64,000 bases of DNA from Takakia lepidozioides. Its lineage: Eukaryota; Plantae; Bryophyta. Location: assembly GCA_030704615.1 (NCBI GenBank), contig CM060731.1, forward strand, positions 65,658,001 through 65,722,000, read 5' to 3'. The notes below the pieces were generated by a model. The model was given only the letters and a program-made list of their open reading frames with translations, searched no databases and was not told where the DNA came from. Position 1 is the first letter of the stretch. Every line of letters begins with the position of its first letter. Below, piece by piece: positions 63,168 through 64,000 of this stretch. Position numbers and translations under genes: made by a program.

Positions 63168-64000
63168 CATCAAATTCGGGTGGCGGAAGGAGATGAGGAG
63201 AAGACCGCGTGCAGGACAAGGTATGGTTCATATGAGTTCTTGGTGATGCCTTTTGGGCTCACCAATGCACCAGTGACATTTAGCACGCTGATGAACAACC
63301 TTTTCCAGGAGTGGTTGGATGACTTTGTGATCGTGTACATCGACGACATCTTGGTATACTCGAAAACAAAGGAAGAACACCTGAAGCACCTAAAAAGGGT
63401 GTTCCAAAAATTGCGAGAAGGGAAGCTGTATGCCAAAGCTTCAAAGTGCGAATTCGGGGTCACAAAAGTGGAGTTCCTGGGGCATGTGATTACATAGGAT
63501 GGGATCAAAATGGATGACAGAAAGGTGAGGGCGATCTTGGACTGGGAGCCTCCGACTTCGGTCCCGGGAATGCGATCCTTCCTAGGACTCGCCTCCTATT
63601 ACCGGAAGTATGTGAGAAATTTCGCCAAGATCGCGGGGCCGTTGTCGGACCTTCTGTGTAAATCCAAAGTCTGGGAATGGAATACATTTTGTGGCCAAGC
63701 TTTTGCTGAATTGAAGCAGCGGATGGCGGAAGCTCGAGTCTTGAAAATCCCGGAGTTCGATCGTCCATTTGAGATTCATACAGATGCGTCGGACTTCGCG
63801 ATTGGGGGTGTACTTATGTAAGATGGACGTCCAGTGGCTTACGAAAGTAAGAAACTGAATGAAGTGGAGCGACGGTGGCCGACGCACAAAAAAAGATGAA
63901 GGCGGTGGTGCATTGCCTCGAGCTTTGGCGCCACTATGTTGGTTCCAACCCAGTGAAGGTGTTCACGGACAATGTCACGGTGAAGTATTTTGCCACGCAG
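63167..64000 (+). mobile_element. RT-RNase H fragment of another element-B-family chromovirus
   Basis: Highly similar to 14160-14384 and to the reverse complement of 17765-17170, in un-inverted order. Stop codon at 63819-63821. Confidence 0.9.

Overview
This is transposon-dense nuclear DNA from a land plant. It is probably a non-seed plant, inferred from CSI1, PLS-PPR and class-3 lipase genes with GT-AG introns, a plant tRNA-Phe, a CRE-type LINE and a PHD-bearing Ty3/gypsy fragment. Layout: (i) 1-9003 is a minus-strand Ty3/gypsy element whose polyprotein carries a complete DNMT3-like C5-cytosine methyltransferase between protease and RT, and whose primer-binding position looks self-priming. 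(ii) An approximately 36.6 kb tandem duplication runs 9941-46560 and 46561-62179. It contains tRNA-Phe, a lipase and a CRE-like LINE split by an 11.4 kb Mutator-like element (36225-47612, 12-bp direct repeat). That element encodes a GCM/DDE/SWIM transposase and, divergently, an intron-containing ParB-like plus beta-class N4C/N6A-methyltransferase-fold gene, with an array of 22-bp palindromes in one intron. (iii) A chromovirus (11256-18185) has a 5-bp TSD and a 3.4 kb internal inversion. (iv) Relics include a diverged second MTase-fold gene, an integrase-PHD gypsy end, solo LTRs and F-box/PPR/CSI1 fragments. Most ORFs are broken by 1-bp indels, which may be partly sequencing error. All domain calls are by-eye motif recognition; no searches were run.
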